64,000 bases of DNA from Paraphysomonas bandaiensis. Its lineage: Eukaryota; Protista; Chrysophyceae. A model generated the notes under the pieces. The model did not search any database. It was not told the origin of the DNA and saw only the letters and a program-made list of their open reading frames with translations. The stretch's first letter is position 1; the number at the start of each line of letters is the position of its first letter. Where the stretch lies: NCBI GenBank assembly GCA_965644295.1, contig CBFFRP010000598.1:22403-86402 (forward strand), in the 5' to 3' direction. This document shows positions 63,256-64,000 of this stretch, piece by piece. The position numbers and the translations under genes were made by a program.

Positions 63256-64000
63256 CTACCTACTACCAGTCAGGAGAGCCCCAGTACTCATCCCTTGCTT
63301 GACCCTAATGACCCAGAGGATGCTGTAATGTATTCTTCCGTGAGCTTCTTGACATCACCCAGTAGGCTACTGAGGCCTCCCTCCTGGACAACCCCTACCT
63401 ACTACCTACTACCAGTCTTGAGAGCCCCAGTACTCATCCCTTGCTTGACCCTAATGACCCAGAGGATGCTGTAATGTATTCTTCCGTGAGCTTCTTGACA
63501 TCACCCAGTAGGCTACCGAGGCCTCCCTCCTGGACAACCCCTACCTACTACCTACTACCAGTCAGGAGAGCCCCAGTACTCATCCCTTGCTTGACCCTAA
63601 TGACCCAGAGGATGCTGTAATGTATTCTTCCGTGAGCTTCTTGACATCACCCAGTAGGCTACCGAGGCCTCCCTCCTGGACAACCCCTACCTACTACCTA
63701 CTACCAGTACCGAGAGCCCCAGTACTCATCCCTTGCTTGACCCTAATGACCCAGAGGATGCTGTAATGTATTCTTCCGTGAGCTTCTTGACATCACCCAG
63801 TAGGCTACCGAGGCCTCCCTCCTGGACAACCCCTACCTACTACCTACTACCAGTCAGGAGAGCCCCAGTACTCATCCCTTGCTTGACCCTAATGACCCAG
63901 AGGATGCTGTAATGTATTCTTCCGTGAGCTTCTTGACATCACCCAGTAGGCTACCGAGGCCTCCCTCCTGGACAACCCCTACCTACTACCTACTACCAGT
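63256..64000 (+). repeat. Tandem 146-bp repeat (5+ units, runs off the window), likely a repeated 105-nt exon + 41-nt intron
   Basis: accagt ends at 63270, 63416, 63562, 63708, 63854 and 64000. Each unit contains GTAATG...CAGTAG (first at 63325-63365). Confidence 0.9.

Noticed and set aside
63256-64000. Nucleosome-length (146 bp) centromeric or subtelomeric satellite, or a minus-strand peptide GGLGSLLGDVKKLTEEYITASSGSLGSSKG*
   Set aside because: Not excluded but disfavoured. Variation is codon-aligned in the plus-strand spliced frame, and the minus frame stops in every unit.

Overview
Eukaryotic, gene-dense genomic DNA (roughly 40% GC) with many short GT-AG introns of about 40-70 nt. The gene content suggests a flagellated protist, plausibly a stramenopile (inference only). 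About 20 protein-coding genes are present: PPR-like protein, MAP2K, RidA, a PQQ-propeller/mucin/EGF-like surface protein, MAPEG, a gustatory-receptor-like 7TM protein, an SLC25 carrier, UBA2, a two-repeat voltage-gated channel with EF-hands, a class C GPCR, an ankyrin protein, a histidine phosphatase, PIP5K, an RBR E3 ligase, RPB4 and EFHC/Rib72. Many are arranged head-to-head. Repeats: a hAT MITE with TSD, a hAT transposase relic, four copies of a hairpin-rich dispersed repeat, an 18 x 273-bp tandem array, three long (TATG)n arrays that fill promoter regions, and a terminal 146-bp tandem repeat that reads as a repeated exon+intron unit. The most notable items are the 7TM ion-channel-like receptor, the 2x6TM BacNav-like channel, the microsatellite-filled bidirectional promoters, the exon-intron tandem array and the structured dispersed repeat. 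All gene models were spliced by eye and are approximate.
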